Positions 12,987-21,538 of a stretch of 64,000 nt of DNA are shown in pieces. Source of the DNA: Candidatus Xenobia bacterium (lineage in GTDB: Bacteria; Vulcanimicrobiota; Xenobia; Xenobiales; QWHO01); NCBI GenBank assembly GCA_045863235.1, contig BTUM01000035.1, positions 1 to 64,000 on the forward strand, read 5' to 3'. The notes under the pieces are model-generated. The model searched no databases, was not told the DNA's origin, and worked only from the letters and a program-made list of their open reading frames with translations. The position numbers and the translations under genes are program-made. Each line of letters begins with the position of its first letter. The stretch's first letter is position 1.

Positions 12987-13444
12987 GGGGCGGCCAGGTC
13001 GGTCGAGAAGCCGACCAGTTCGACAGTCTTTTCCGTCCCCGCGTCGGTGCGCCAAAAGACGCGAACCTTGATGCGAGCGATGTTGGCCTTGTACCCGGCC
13101 CCGATCCCCTGGGTGATCTCGACGTTGCGAGTGAAACCCGCGTCGTCCGGAGCCATGGTCAGGGGGGCTGCATTCAGTGCCTTGCGAGTGGCCGCGCTGG
13201 GATCGTTGAGGTTGCCGCTGGGGTCGACCCAGGCATAATTGTTGGTACGAATCATGTCCATGACCTGAGAGGCATAGCCCGTCGCGGTGGCGGTCTTCTG
13301 GGCCTGGGCGTTGGCGCGTACTCCATAGGCAAACGAACCCATCAAGCCCAGCAGGGCGATGGTCACGACCACGAGCATGATCAGGATCTCGACCAGGGAA
13401 TACCCACGGCGCACCCGTCGGCAGATCTCGCAAGAGAGGATCAA
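12983..13444 (-). CDS. prepilin-type protein (PilV/GspI-like, cassette A)
   Basis: RRG|YSLVEILI; C-terminal IKVRVFW strand; GGGAGG RBS. Confidence 0.85.
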   Translation of the reverse strand: MILSCEICRRVRRGYSLVEILIMLVVVTIALLGLMGSFAYGVRANAQAQKTATATGYASQVMDMIRTNNYAWVDPSGNLNDPSAATRKALNAAPLTMAPDDAGFTRNVEITQGIGAGYKANIARIKVRVFWRTDAGTEKTVELVGFSTDLAAP

Positions 13445-13461
13445 AGAGCACCTCCCGAAGT

Positions 13462-13490
13462 AGTTTACCAGGCAGATCCCTTGCTTTCAA
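13462..13490 (-). promoter_or_regulatory. sigma70-like promoter of cassette A
   Basis: TTGAAA-17 bp-TAAACT with TG extension. Confidence 0.6.
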
Positions 13491-13674
13491 CCTGAGATAC
13501 TCTTGGGTACCCTAAAGGTTCCAGTTTCTGTAGCTAGAGATGCCGCTTTTTGAATACGACGGGGCTGGCGCGGTGGATCTTGCGGTCTCGGCTCGACGCC
13601 CCTTCAGTTCCCGCCTCGGACAGGTCCGCCCAACTCCAGGATCTTCTGAAGAGCCGGACGAACCGCGTGCCTCG

Positions 13675-15363
13675 ATGACCGTTTCTCAGGCTGCTCTCGC
13701 CCTCGAGCAGGCCCTGGGTGATCCGTTCCGTGCTGACCACGGGCTGAGCTTCAGCGCGGCGGTGGCCCGCGACGAAGCCGAGGAGTTTCCTGGCGAGCTG
13801 GTGGATGCGTGCCTGGCTGCGGGCCTGCAGCGCTGGTTCGTGCCCGCCGAGCTCGGGGGCGAGCTGCGCCGGTATGCCGAGCCGGCCGCTCTCCTGCGCG
13901 TGGTGGCCCGTCGCGATCTGACCGCCGCCATCGCCCTGGGTCAATCCTTTCTCGGCTCGGCCCCCATCTGGATTGCGGGCTCGAGCCTGCAGCAAGAGCG
14001 GATGGCCGAGCTCTTGCTGTCCGGGGAGTGCTGCGCCCTGGCTTTGACCGAGGAAGCCCATGGGAGCGACATCCTGGCCAGCGAGCTCAGGGCCACTCCG
14101 GCCGGCGACGGATACGTCCTGGAGGGGGAGAAGTGGCTCATCAACAACGCCACCCGGGGCGCGGCCCTGACCCTGTTCGCGCGCACTGCTCCCGAGGGAG
14201 GACTCGATGGCTTCAGCCTGCTTATGCTGGACAAGGCCGCCCTTCCCGGCGACTGTTTCACGCAACTGGAACGCAAGAAGACCCTCGGCCTGCGGGGAGC
14301 CGACATCTCGGGAATCCGACTCACCGGGGCCGGTCTGCCCGCTCAGGCTCTGGTCGGTCAGCTCGGGTCGGGCCTGGACTGTGTGCTGAAGGCGCTGCAG
14401 GTAACTCGCGCCGGCTGCGCTTCCTTCTCACTGGGCGCGGCCGACTCGGCCCTGCGCATCGTGCTCGATTTTGCCATGAGCCGCAGGCTCTACGGGGGAA
14501 CCGTGCTGGACATTCCCCACGCCCGGGCCTGCCTCAACGACGCCTTTGTCGACCTGCTCTGCTGCGACGTGCTGGCCATCCTGGCTCCCCGGCTGCTGCA
14601 TCTCTTGCCGGAGCAGATGAGCCTGATGTCGGCGGTCGTGAAAAGCCTGGTTCCAACCATGCTGGAGAGGGCCATTCGGGAGCTGGCGATGGTTTTGGGA
14701 GCCCGCCACTACCTGCGCGAGGGGCCGGCGGGCGGGGTGTTTCAAAAATTCCTGCGCGACGCCGCCGTGGTCAGCCTGTTCGACGGCAGCACAGCGGTCA
14801 ACCTGGAGCTCATCGGCCTCCAGTTGCCGCGCCTTTGTGATCGGCGGCTCCGGTGCGATCCGGCCCCCCTGGCCAGCCTCTTCGGGGTGGACCAGCCCCT
14901 GCCCGACTTCGATCCGGGCCGACTGGCCCTGCTCAACCGGGGTCGAGATGCCGTGGTTCAGGGCCTTCCCCAGGCCGAGCGGGGGCTGGCGTGCCTTCCC
15001 TCCAGCGAGCTCGTCCGCGAGTTGCAGGCCCAGGTCGGCACCATCGTCCGCGCTCTGGAGGAGCTGGAGGCGGAGCTGGCCGAGCGCCCGGCCAAACGCA
15101 GCTGGGAGCTGCTGGAGCTTTCGCGTCGATACGGCCTCCTGTACACCGCCTGCGCTGTCTTGCAGCTCTGGCTGCACAGCCGCCAGGCCGTGAACGAGTT
15201 CTTTGAGAAAGGGGAGTGGGTGGCCCTGTGCCTGCATCGGCTGCTCGGCAAGACCCCGGCGCGCCATCCGCTCGAGTTTGCCGGGGAAGCTCGGATGCTG
15301 GAGTTGTATCGCGACAATCGCCTGTTCTCGCTGCTCGACTTCGCCCTGGCGGAGAGGGAGTGA
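13675..15363 (+). CDS. acyl-CoA/acyl-ACP dehydrogenase family protein
   Basis: ALALTEEAHGSD, LEGEKWLINN, TLGLRGAD and SLFDGST motifs; start uncertain (13540 or 13675). Confidence 0.88.
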   Translation: MTVSQAALALEQALGDPFRADHGLSFSAAVARDEAEEFPGELVDACLAAGLQRWFVPAELGGELRRYAEPAALLRVVARRDLTAAIALGQSFLGSAPIWIAGSSLQQERMAELLLSGECCALALTEEAHGSDILASELRATPAGDGYVLEGEKWLINNATRGAALTLFARTAPEGGLDGFSLLMLDKAALPGDCFTQLERKKTLGLRGADISGIRLTGAGLPAQALVGQLGSGLDCVLKALQVTRAGCASFSLGAADSALRIVLDFAMSRRLYGGTVLDIPHARACLNDAFVDLLCCDVLAILAPRLLHLLPEQMSLMSAVVKSLVPTMLERAIRELAMVLGARHYLREGPAGGVFQKFLRDAAVVSLFDGSTAVNLELIGLQLPRLCDRRLRCDPAPLASLFGVDQPLPDFDPGRLALLNRGRDAVVQGLPQAERGLACLPSSELVRELQAQVGTIVRALEELEAELAERPAKRSWELLELSRRYGLLYTACAVLQLWLHSRQAVNEFFEKGEWVALCLHRLLGKTPARHPLEFAGEARMLELYRDNRLFSLLDFALAERE

Positions 15364-15364
15364 C

Positions 15365-16627
15365 GTGTTTCCGCTCCCGCTGACGGCCTTCGAAGAGCTC
15401 ATGGTGCGCGACCGGGCCTTCCCCATGGATATCTGGATCGAGCTCTGCTTCCGTGACCGGCTCTCCGTTCCGGCCCTGGAGGAAGCCCTGGAGGTCCTGG
15501 CCAGTCGCCATCCCCTGCTGGTGGCCGGGGTGGAGAAGATTGGCGGGCGTTTTTGCTGGGTGCCGTCTGCCAGCGCCATCCCATTGGTCCGTGTCGCCGG
15601 TGGGGCCTGGCAGCCCGAGCCGGTTCTTCCCGAAGCCGGGGGAGGGGTCCGGTTCTACCTGGTGGAGCGGAGCGGAGAGTGCTCGCTCTTTCTGCAGGTC
15701 CATCACGCATGCTGTGACGGCGCAGCCATCCGGGTCGTCTTGTTGGACCTGGTCACGCTCTACGCTCGCTTGACGGATCCGCAAGGACCCTGGCCCGAGC
15801 TCACGCGCCTGGAGCCAGCTCTCCTGCCCATGCGCGGCCGCATCCCCCCTCCACCTCCGATCAAGACTCCACGCAACGAGCTGTTGGAGCTGTTTCGCTT
15901 CCTTTTTCCCTGGCCTCAAGCGCTCTCCAGCCAGCCCGGCCCGGGTGGAGATCTGCCCTTCTCGCAAAGGGTCCTCTCTCGCGAGGAAACGGAGGCGGTG
16001 CTGCAGCGGGCCGCCCGTTCGGGCGGTCGATTCCACGAACAGGCCCTCTCCGACCTGTTCGCGGTTCTGGCCGACTGGCAGGTCGCCCACGGAAAGTCTC
16101 GGCCTGGCTCTCGTTTGCGCATCCTGATCCCGATGGACGTGCGCGAGCTGGTCGATCGGCGCCTGCCGGCCTGCAACCGGGTGACCTTCGCCTTCCTCAC
16201 CCGACGATTGGATCAGTGCGGTCCCGATCTCTCCCAGGCACTCCGGGCCGAGCACGAGTACATTCGCGAGTATCGCACGGACCTGGATTTCTTGCGGGGG
16301 CTCGAGTTCGCTTGCGCCAAGCGGCTCTTGCCGCTCATTTTGCGGCTGCCCCTACCCTTGAGCAGCGCCGTGCTCACCAACCTGGGCGATGTGACCCCTC
16401 TGCGCGGCTTCCCCGTGGAGGAGCAGGGGCTGAGGATCGGCGACGCGATCTGCCTGCACGCCAGCGGAGCCACCGGCGTCAGACCTGGCACGATCGCCTC
16501 CTTCAGCCTTTGTCGCCTGGCCGGGAGACTCTCCATCGGGCTGCGCTGCGCGCGCCCAGCCCTGAGCCTGGATGCGGAGAACGCCCTGCTGGACGCGTTC
16601 AAAAGTCGGCTGCTGGGTCTTCACTGA
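15365..16627 (+). CDS. stand-alone condensation-domain / CoA-dependent acyltransferase
   Basis: HHACCDG (HHxxxDG), RHPLL and LTNLG motifs; GTG 1 nt after the ACAD stop. Confidence 0.75.
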   Translation: MFPLPLTAFEELMVRDRAFPMDIWIELCFRDRLSVPALEEALEVLASRHPLLVAGVEKIGGRFCWVPSASAIPLVRVAGGAWQPEPVLPEAGGGVRFYLVERSGECSLFLQVHHACCDGAAIRVVLLDLVTLYARLTDPQGPWPELTRLEPALLPMRGRIPPPPPIKTPRNELLELFRFLFPWPQALSSQPGPGGDLPFSQRVLSREETEAVLQRAARSGGRFHEQALSDLFAVLADWQVAHGKSRPGSRLRILIPMDVRELVDRRLPACNRVTFAFLTRRLDQCGPDLSQALRAEHEYIREYRTDLDFLRGLEFACAKRLLPLILRLPLPLSSAVLTNLGDVTPLRGFPVEEQGLRIGDAICLHASGATGVRPGTIASFSLCRLAGRLSIGLRCARPALSLDAENALLDAFKSRLLGLH

Positions 16628-17900
16628 CCGCGCGGCGTCCCGCCTCGACGTCCACCCGGGTCAAGAGCCAGCCGCCCACCAGGAAGAAGGCATTCACGGC
16701 CAGCAGGGCCACTCGGGTGGAGCCGGTCCAGTCCACCAGCAGGGCGATGGTGGCCGGCCCGAGCAACCCGGCGAACTTCTCGCACACGCCAAAGAAGGCG
16801 AAAAACTCGGCCGTGCGCGCTTTGGGGATGAGACTGGCGAAGAGCGAGCGAGACAGGGCCTGACTGCCTCCCTGCACCAGGCCCACCATGGCTGCCAGCA
16901 GGTAGAAATCCTGGCTGGTTCGAACCCGAAAGGCGACCACGGTAACCACCACGTAGAGTGCCAGAGCTCCCAGCACGGCCCGCTTGGGCCCGGTCCAGCC
17001 GGCCAGCATTCCGAAGAGGAAGGTGCAGGGGATGCCCACCACCTGGGCCAGCAGGATGGCCCCGATAAGGGCGCCTCCGGGCAGGTTCAGCTCGCTGCCG
17101 AAGGTGGTGGCCATGCGGATGATGGTGCCGATGCCGTCGTTGTAAATCATGAAGGCCAGCATCATGAGCCAGGCCTGGCGGTAGCGGCGCAGCTCGCGAA
17201 GGGTACCCCCAAGCTGACTCAGGACCAGACCCAGGGAGGGTGGAGCGGGAGCTTGGGGGCGCGGTTCGCTCACCCGGCGGAACATCGGAACCGAGAACAT
17301 GACCCACCACAGGGCCACGCTCAGGAAGGTGAGCGAGGTCGCGGCCCCGGTGGAGGCCAGTCCAAACCACTGCGGATGGCTGATCCAGGTGAGATTGAGG
17401 GCCAGCAACAGTCCGCCCCCCAGATAGCCCAGGGCATAGCCTGCGGCCGAGACCCGGTCGACTTCCTCGGGCCGGGCTACGTGGGGGAGCAGCGCATCGT
17501 AGAAGACGAAGCTGAGCGAGGCGCCCAGGTTGGCCAGGATGAACAGCAGGCCGGCCAGCTGCCACTGTCCCGGGGAGAGCAGGGCCATGCCGGCGGTGGA
17601 GAGCACGGCCAGCCCCATGAACCCGGCCAGGAGCCGCTTGCGCAGGCCACAGGCGTCGGCCAGTGCCCCCAGGAACGGGGACAGTACGGCTGCCAGGCCC
17701 ATCGAGATGGTGGTGGTCAGGGCAAAGAGCACCACCGACCGGGTCGGCTCCAGTCCCTGGCAGGCCACTTTCTGAAAGAAGATGGGGAAGACGGCCGTCA
17801 CCACCACCGTCACGAAGGCCGAGTTGGCCCAGTCGTAGAGAGCCCAGGCGCGAAGCTCGGGGCGCTCGAGGCCCAACCGATCCAGCCAGCCGGCAGGCAT
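16599..17900 (-). CDS. MFS transporter (UMF1/Atg22-like)
   Basis: WALYDWANSAF, FYDALL, GYALGYLGG and QALSRS motifs; ~12 hydrophobic segments; start uncertain (up to 17966). Confidence 0.9.
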   Translation of the reverse strand: MPAGWLDRLGLERPELRAWALYDWANSAFVTVVVTAVFPIFFQKVACQGLEPTRSVVLFALTTTISMGLAAVLSPFLGALADACGLRKRLLAGFMGLAVLSTAGMALLSPGQWQLAGLLFILANLGASLSFVFYDALLPHVARPEEVDRVSAAGYALGYLGGGLLLALNLTWISHPQWFGLASTGAATSLTFLSVALWWVMFSVPMFRRVSEPRPQAPAPPSLGLVLSQLGGTLRELRRYRQAWLMMLAFMIYNDGIGTIIRMATTFGSELNLPGGALIGAILLAQVVGIPCTFLFGMLAGWTGPKRAVLGALALYVVVTVVAFRVRTSQDFYLLAAMVGLVQGGSQALSRSLFASLIPKARTAEFFAFFGVCEKFAGLLGPATIALLVDWTGSTRVALLAVNAFFLVGGWLLTRVDVEAGRRAVSEDPAADF

Positions 17901-17940
17901 CCCGGCCGGTTCGTGCCCGGATCTCGGGCCGCCTGCCACC

Positions 17941-18777
17941 CTAAGGTCCCGAGCGGCCGGTCGCAAGCTCCGGCCTGCAATTGGCCGGCTCCCCTCCCTG
18001 CTCGAGAGCCCAGCGCGAGAGACGCTGCAGGGCCTCAGCAGGAGGCAGGTCGGCGCTCAGGGCGAGCGGCTGTTGCAGCCTAACGGTCACGGTCACTCTT
18101 GGATAATGGTTCATCGGGGCCACCAGATCGATGATCCGGTAAGGAACGGTGCCCAGGTCGGCCACACCGGACTCGTTGACAGGGGCCTGCTCGATCCGGG
18201 CCCCCCAATCGGCCTGGCGCAGAGGATTGTAGAGCCCCCCCTTGTCCACCAGCTGTTTGGTGACCTGTTTCCCACCAGGAAACTCCACCACCGCTTTCAC
18301 CCCCGCCATACTGAAGGGAACTGCTCCCCGGTCGCTGAGCTCATGGGCCAGGTCGATCTCCAGCGCCGCCACGCCCTTGACGGCCTTCTTCCCGGAGGAC
18401 GTCCGCTTCCCGTAGAGCCCATCCCCGTAGCCGTAGGTAGAGGCCTGTCCGGTCACCCGGATGGAGTTGATTGTCCACGCCTTGCGCTGGAGCTGGGGCG
18501 GGACTTCGACCTGGGCCCGCCGGGCCAGCTCAAGGCTGGTGCGCCACTGATGGGCGGCGTCAAACGGCCCGTTCGAGCTGGCTGGAATGGTGAAGGTCCC
18601 GCTCTGTCCGGGTATCTGGTAGGCTACGCCGGGTGCGATGCACCGGGGGTGAGCGAGCAGATCCAGCACGTCGTGGGTTGGCTCGGGCCCGAGCTCGTGC
18701 GTGGCGGACAGCGCCGGCTGGCCGACGACCAGCACGCCGGCCAGCACGGTCATGGTTTTGCTCGGCAGTGGCTGCAT
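17941..18777 (-). CDS. secreted protein with a divergent RlpA-like double-psi beta-barrel domain
   Basis: signal peptide; GQASTYG..LYGKRTSSG, VDKGG and RIIDL resemble RlpA motifs. Confidence 0.55.
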   Translation of the reverse strand: MQPLPSKTMTVLAGVLVVGQPALSATHELGPEPTHDVLDLLAHPRCIAPGVAYQIPGQSGTFTIPASSNGPFDAAHQWRTSLELARRAQVEVPPQLQRKAWTINSIRVTGQASTYGYGDGLYGKRTSSGKKAVKGVAALEIDLAHELSDRGAVPFSMAGVKAVVEFPGGKQVTKQLVDKGGLYNPLRQADWGARIEQAPVNESGVADLGTVPYRIIDLVAPMNHYPRVTVTVRLQQPLALSADLPPAEALQRLSRWALEQGGEPANCRPELATGRSGP

Positions 18778-18863
18778 GACCTCGAGCTTAGCCTGGGGGC
18801 CTTAAAAAAGGCTCAGGGTTGGGGAAGCTCGCTCAACTCCCCAGGAAATTGAGCGTCTCGAGG

Positions 18864-18969
18864 CTACACTCCCGCGCGTCGACCTGTTCATTGGAACGCG
18901 CGGGAGTGTAGACAATCTGTTGAACGGCGCCGCGCCAATTCCTGAAGTGTTCAACGCGCGGCGCCTTAG
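18864..18969. mobile_element. ~100-bp palindromic MITE/REP-like element, copy 1
   Basis: near-identical to 51770..51867; 16-bp internal inverted repeat; imperfect terminal inverted repeats. Confidence 0.6.
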
Positions 18970-19075
18970 TGCCACTCCGCTCGATCAGAAGGTGAACTCC
19001 AGCGCACAGACCAGAGTTCGAGTGTATTCCTGCGTGCTCCAGGCATTTTTCAGCCCCGAGCGGTAGACTCGGGTC

Positions 19076-20260
19076 ATGAACATCCAGGCCTTCCACGCCG
19101 CCATGATGCGCCCCACGCCCGCCTCAGCCAGCCACGTGGCGGCCGGCGAGAGCCGAGCGCTGGACGAGTATCGCCCCACCGATCCGGTGGCAACTCCAGC
19201 CGAACTGCCTCGCTTCGCTCCTCAGGAGGGCATCGAGGCAATCGCAGCCAGGCTCGAAAAGAACTGGCAGGCGCGGCTGGGTGGGCAGGAGCGCTGCACC
19301 GTGGGCATCGTCGTGGAGCGCCGCTGGAAGCCAGAAGGCCAGCACGACGAGGTGCTGAACATCGCCGACGCGGTCATGGACGCAGGCGGGGTGCCCAGAC
19401 TCCTCTACCTCGGGGCCGGCGAGCCCCCCGAGCAGATGCGGGGCCTGCACGCTCTGGCCGTACCGGGCGGGCGCGACATCGATCCTGCGAGCTACGGCGC
19501 CACAATGGGCCCGGGGATGGATCCCAACGAGCCGGACAAAGCTTTCGACAACTTCGAGATGGCCTGCATCGGTCAGGCCTATCAGACCGGATTGCCCCTG
19601 TTGGGCCACTGCCGCGGCTTTCAGATCATGAACGTGACCGGTGGCGGGACCATGACCCAGGACATTCCCACCGAGTTCAAGACCCGCGAGGGATTCGGTT
19701 CGAGCTATGGCACTCGGGTCGATCACCGCCCCGAGGAGACCCGTCACGACTACGAGAAGCGCGTCGATCCGGTGCAACTGGTCGTGGTCGAGGAGGGTGC
19801 GAGGCTGGCTGGCCTGGTGGGGCTGCTCGAGTCGGTCAACTCCATCCACCACCAGTGCCTGGCCGCCATCAGCCCCCTGCTCGTTCCGGTGGTCTTCGCG
19901 CTGGACGGACTGGTGGAGGGGGTCGAGCGCAAGGGCATGCCCTGGCAGTCGGGTTACCAGTTCCACCCCGAGGCCTTGCGCTACACCGATGGACGCTATC
20001 AGGGGCTGTATCAGAACCTGGTCGACGACGCGGAGCGCTTCAAGAACGGTGAGCTGTTCGTGCCGGCCAGCCAGGTGGAGGTGCCCGAGGGCACCCCCGA
20101 AACGGCCTTTGCCCGCGACTCCAGAGCCCAGCGCGATTGGCTCACGAAGCAAGCCAAGCAGCGCTTCGGCACCTCGCCCGATCAACTGATGCAGAGCCAG
20201 GTCGGGTTGGCCCACTTCGAGGGCCTGGCCGAAGAGTGGCGCCTGACTCATCCCAGGTAG
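19076..20260 (+). CDS. peptidase C26 / gamma-glutamyl-gamma-aminobutyrate hydrolase family protein
   Basis: PGGRDIDP, LGHCRGFQ, VNSIHHQ and QFHPE (Cys-His-Glu triad). Confidence 0.88.
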   Translation: MNIQAFHAAMMRPTPASASHVAAGESRALDEYRPTDPVATPAELPRFAPQEGIEAIAARLEKNWQARLGGQERCTVGIVVERRWKPEGQHDEVLNIADAVMDAGGVPRLLYLGAGEPPEQMRGLHALAVPGGRDIDPASYGATMGPGMDPNEPDKAFDNFEMACIGQAYQTGLPLLGHCRGFQIMNVTGGGTMTQDIPTEFKTREGFGSSYGTRVDHRPEETRHDYEKRVDPVQLVVVEEGARLAGLVGLLESVNSIHHQCLAAISPLLVPVVFALDGLVEGVERKGMPWQSGYQFHPEALRYTDGRYQGLYQNLVDDAERFKNGELFVPASQVEVPEGTPETAFARDSRAQRDWLTKQAKQRFGTSPDQLMQSQVGLAHFEGLAEEWRLTHPR

Positions 20261-20264
20261 TCGA

Positions 20265-21068
20265 TCAGTTCCTCAGATAGACGGAGAAGGGGGCCTGGTG
20301 GGTGAACCGGCTGGCGTAGCCCGGGTCGGTGCCAATTCGGCTCTCCTTTCTTGCCTCCTCAATGGACATCGCTCGAACATCCACCAGCACCTCCACGGGC
20401 AGACCGCCCGGCGGGGGGGCTGAGAACGACTCAAAACCAAGCAAGAAGGTGGCCACGATCTTTTTCTCCCCCAGTCCAGCCTCAGCCATGGCCGACAGGT
20501 CGAACCCGTTGGGGCGGGTCAAATAGGGGGCGATGTTGTTGAGAAGGGTCTCCTCGGTCGTCTCATCGGTGGGCAGGGTGGGTGGGCCCGAGTCGATCAC
20601 CTTGCGGACCAGGACCTTGTGGGGGCAGCGGTCATCGTATCCAGTGGGACCCGCTCCGCCAGCGCAGATCTGGCCAAACGTGTTGTTGTGGTTTTGGGGA
20701 ACCACCAGGTAGTAGAGCACGTTTCGCTGCCAGAACGGGGTTCCATCCTGCTTTCGCACCACCTGTCCCGTGGCCGGATCGATCGGTGACAGGAACCACA
20801 GGGCTTCCCCGTCTCTTCCCCCTCCCCCGAGGGAGTCGCCGACAAACGATCGGGATAAGGCGGAGGGACGAGTCAACACCAGGTCACGCTCGATTGCCAC
20901 GCGAGCCTTGCGCAACTCTCGCATACAGGTGTCGATGCCACTGGTTCGGCGCAGGGTGCTCCTGGACTGGTTGAACAAGACCCCGGCCACCATGAGCAGG
21001 AGGGAGAAAATTCCGAAGACCACCACCAGCTCGGTCAGGGAGTGGGCACCGGTTCGTTTAAGGGGCAT
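20265..21068 (-). CDS. prepilin-like protein (PilW/GspJ-like, cassette B)
   Basis: KRTGA|HSLTELVVVF leader with Glu5; close paralog of 25601..26401. Confidence 0.78.
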   Translation of the reverse strand: MPLKRTGAHSLTELVVVFGIFSLLLMVAGVLFNQSRSTLRRTSGIDTCMRELRKARVAIERDLVLTRPSALSRSFVGDSLGGGGRDGEALWFLSPIDPATGQVVRKQDGTPFWQRNVLYYLVVPQNHNNTFGQICAGGAGPTGYDDRCPHKVLVRKVIDSGPPTLPTDETTEETLLNNIAPYLTRPNGFDLSAMAEAGLGEKKIVATFLLGFESFSAPPPGGLPVEVLVDVRAMSIEEARKESRIGTDPGYASRFTHQAPFSVYLRN

Positions 21069-21537
21069 GCTCCTCCACCAGCCTGCTGGCCTGCACCTCC
21101 ATCTTTCCATAGCCCTGTCGGTTGCCGTTGTTGGACCGGGCTTCCCACCACCAGACGCGGATATCCACTTTCTTGACCCGATTGTTGGGAACAGCACCGC
21201 CCAGCGGGCCGCCAGCGGCGTCGAGAACGGTATTGGCGTAGATGACATACTCGTAGTTGACGCCCCCGATCGTCTCCTGGGTCGGACCCCGCCAGAGTCC
21301 GGCCGCTCCCCAGAACGAGGCGTTGGTGCCAGCGGGCAGGTCGTTGGCGACCTGATAGAGCGTGCGGTTCATGAGAGAATCGGATACCTGGGTGGCCGGT
21401 CCGAGCAGTGCGGACTTCTCGCTCGCGCGCAGGCTGGAGATGGTCGTGCCCACCAGGGCCAGCAAGATCATGGTCAACAAAGCCAGCGCCAGCACGCACT
21501 CAGCCAGGGTGAAGGCCGACCTCGAGGCCCGACCCAT
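21058..21537 (-). CDS. prepilin-type protein (PilV/GspI-like, cassette B)
   Basis: RSA|FTLAECVLAL; KKVDIRVWWW; paralog of 26398..26871. Confidence 0.8.
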   Translation of the reverse strand: MGRASRSAFTLAECVLALALLTMILLALVGTTISSLRASEKSALLGPATQVSDSLMNRTLYQVANDLPAGTNASFWGAAGLWRGPTQETIGGVNYEYVIYANTVLDAAGGPLGGAVPNNRVKKVDIRVWWWEARSNNGNRQGYGKMEVQASRLVEEHAP

Positions 21538-21538
21538 C

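Noticed and set aside
12987..13490. 359-aa ORF 12411..13490 as one protein
   Set aside because: The upstream part overlaps the PilV-like gene out of frame; the true start is 12986 (ATGA coupling).
18970..19075. Small ORF or gene remnant beside the MITE-like element
   Set aside because: No recognisable motif or start context; the region contains the probable promoter of the C26 gene.
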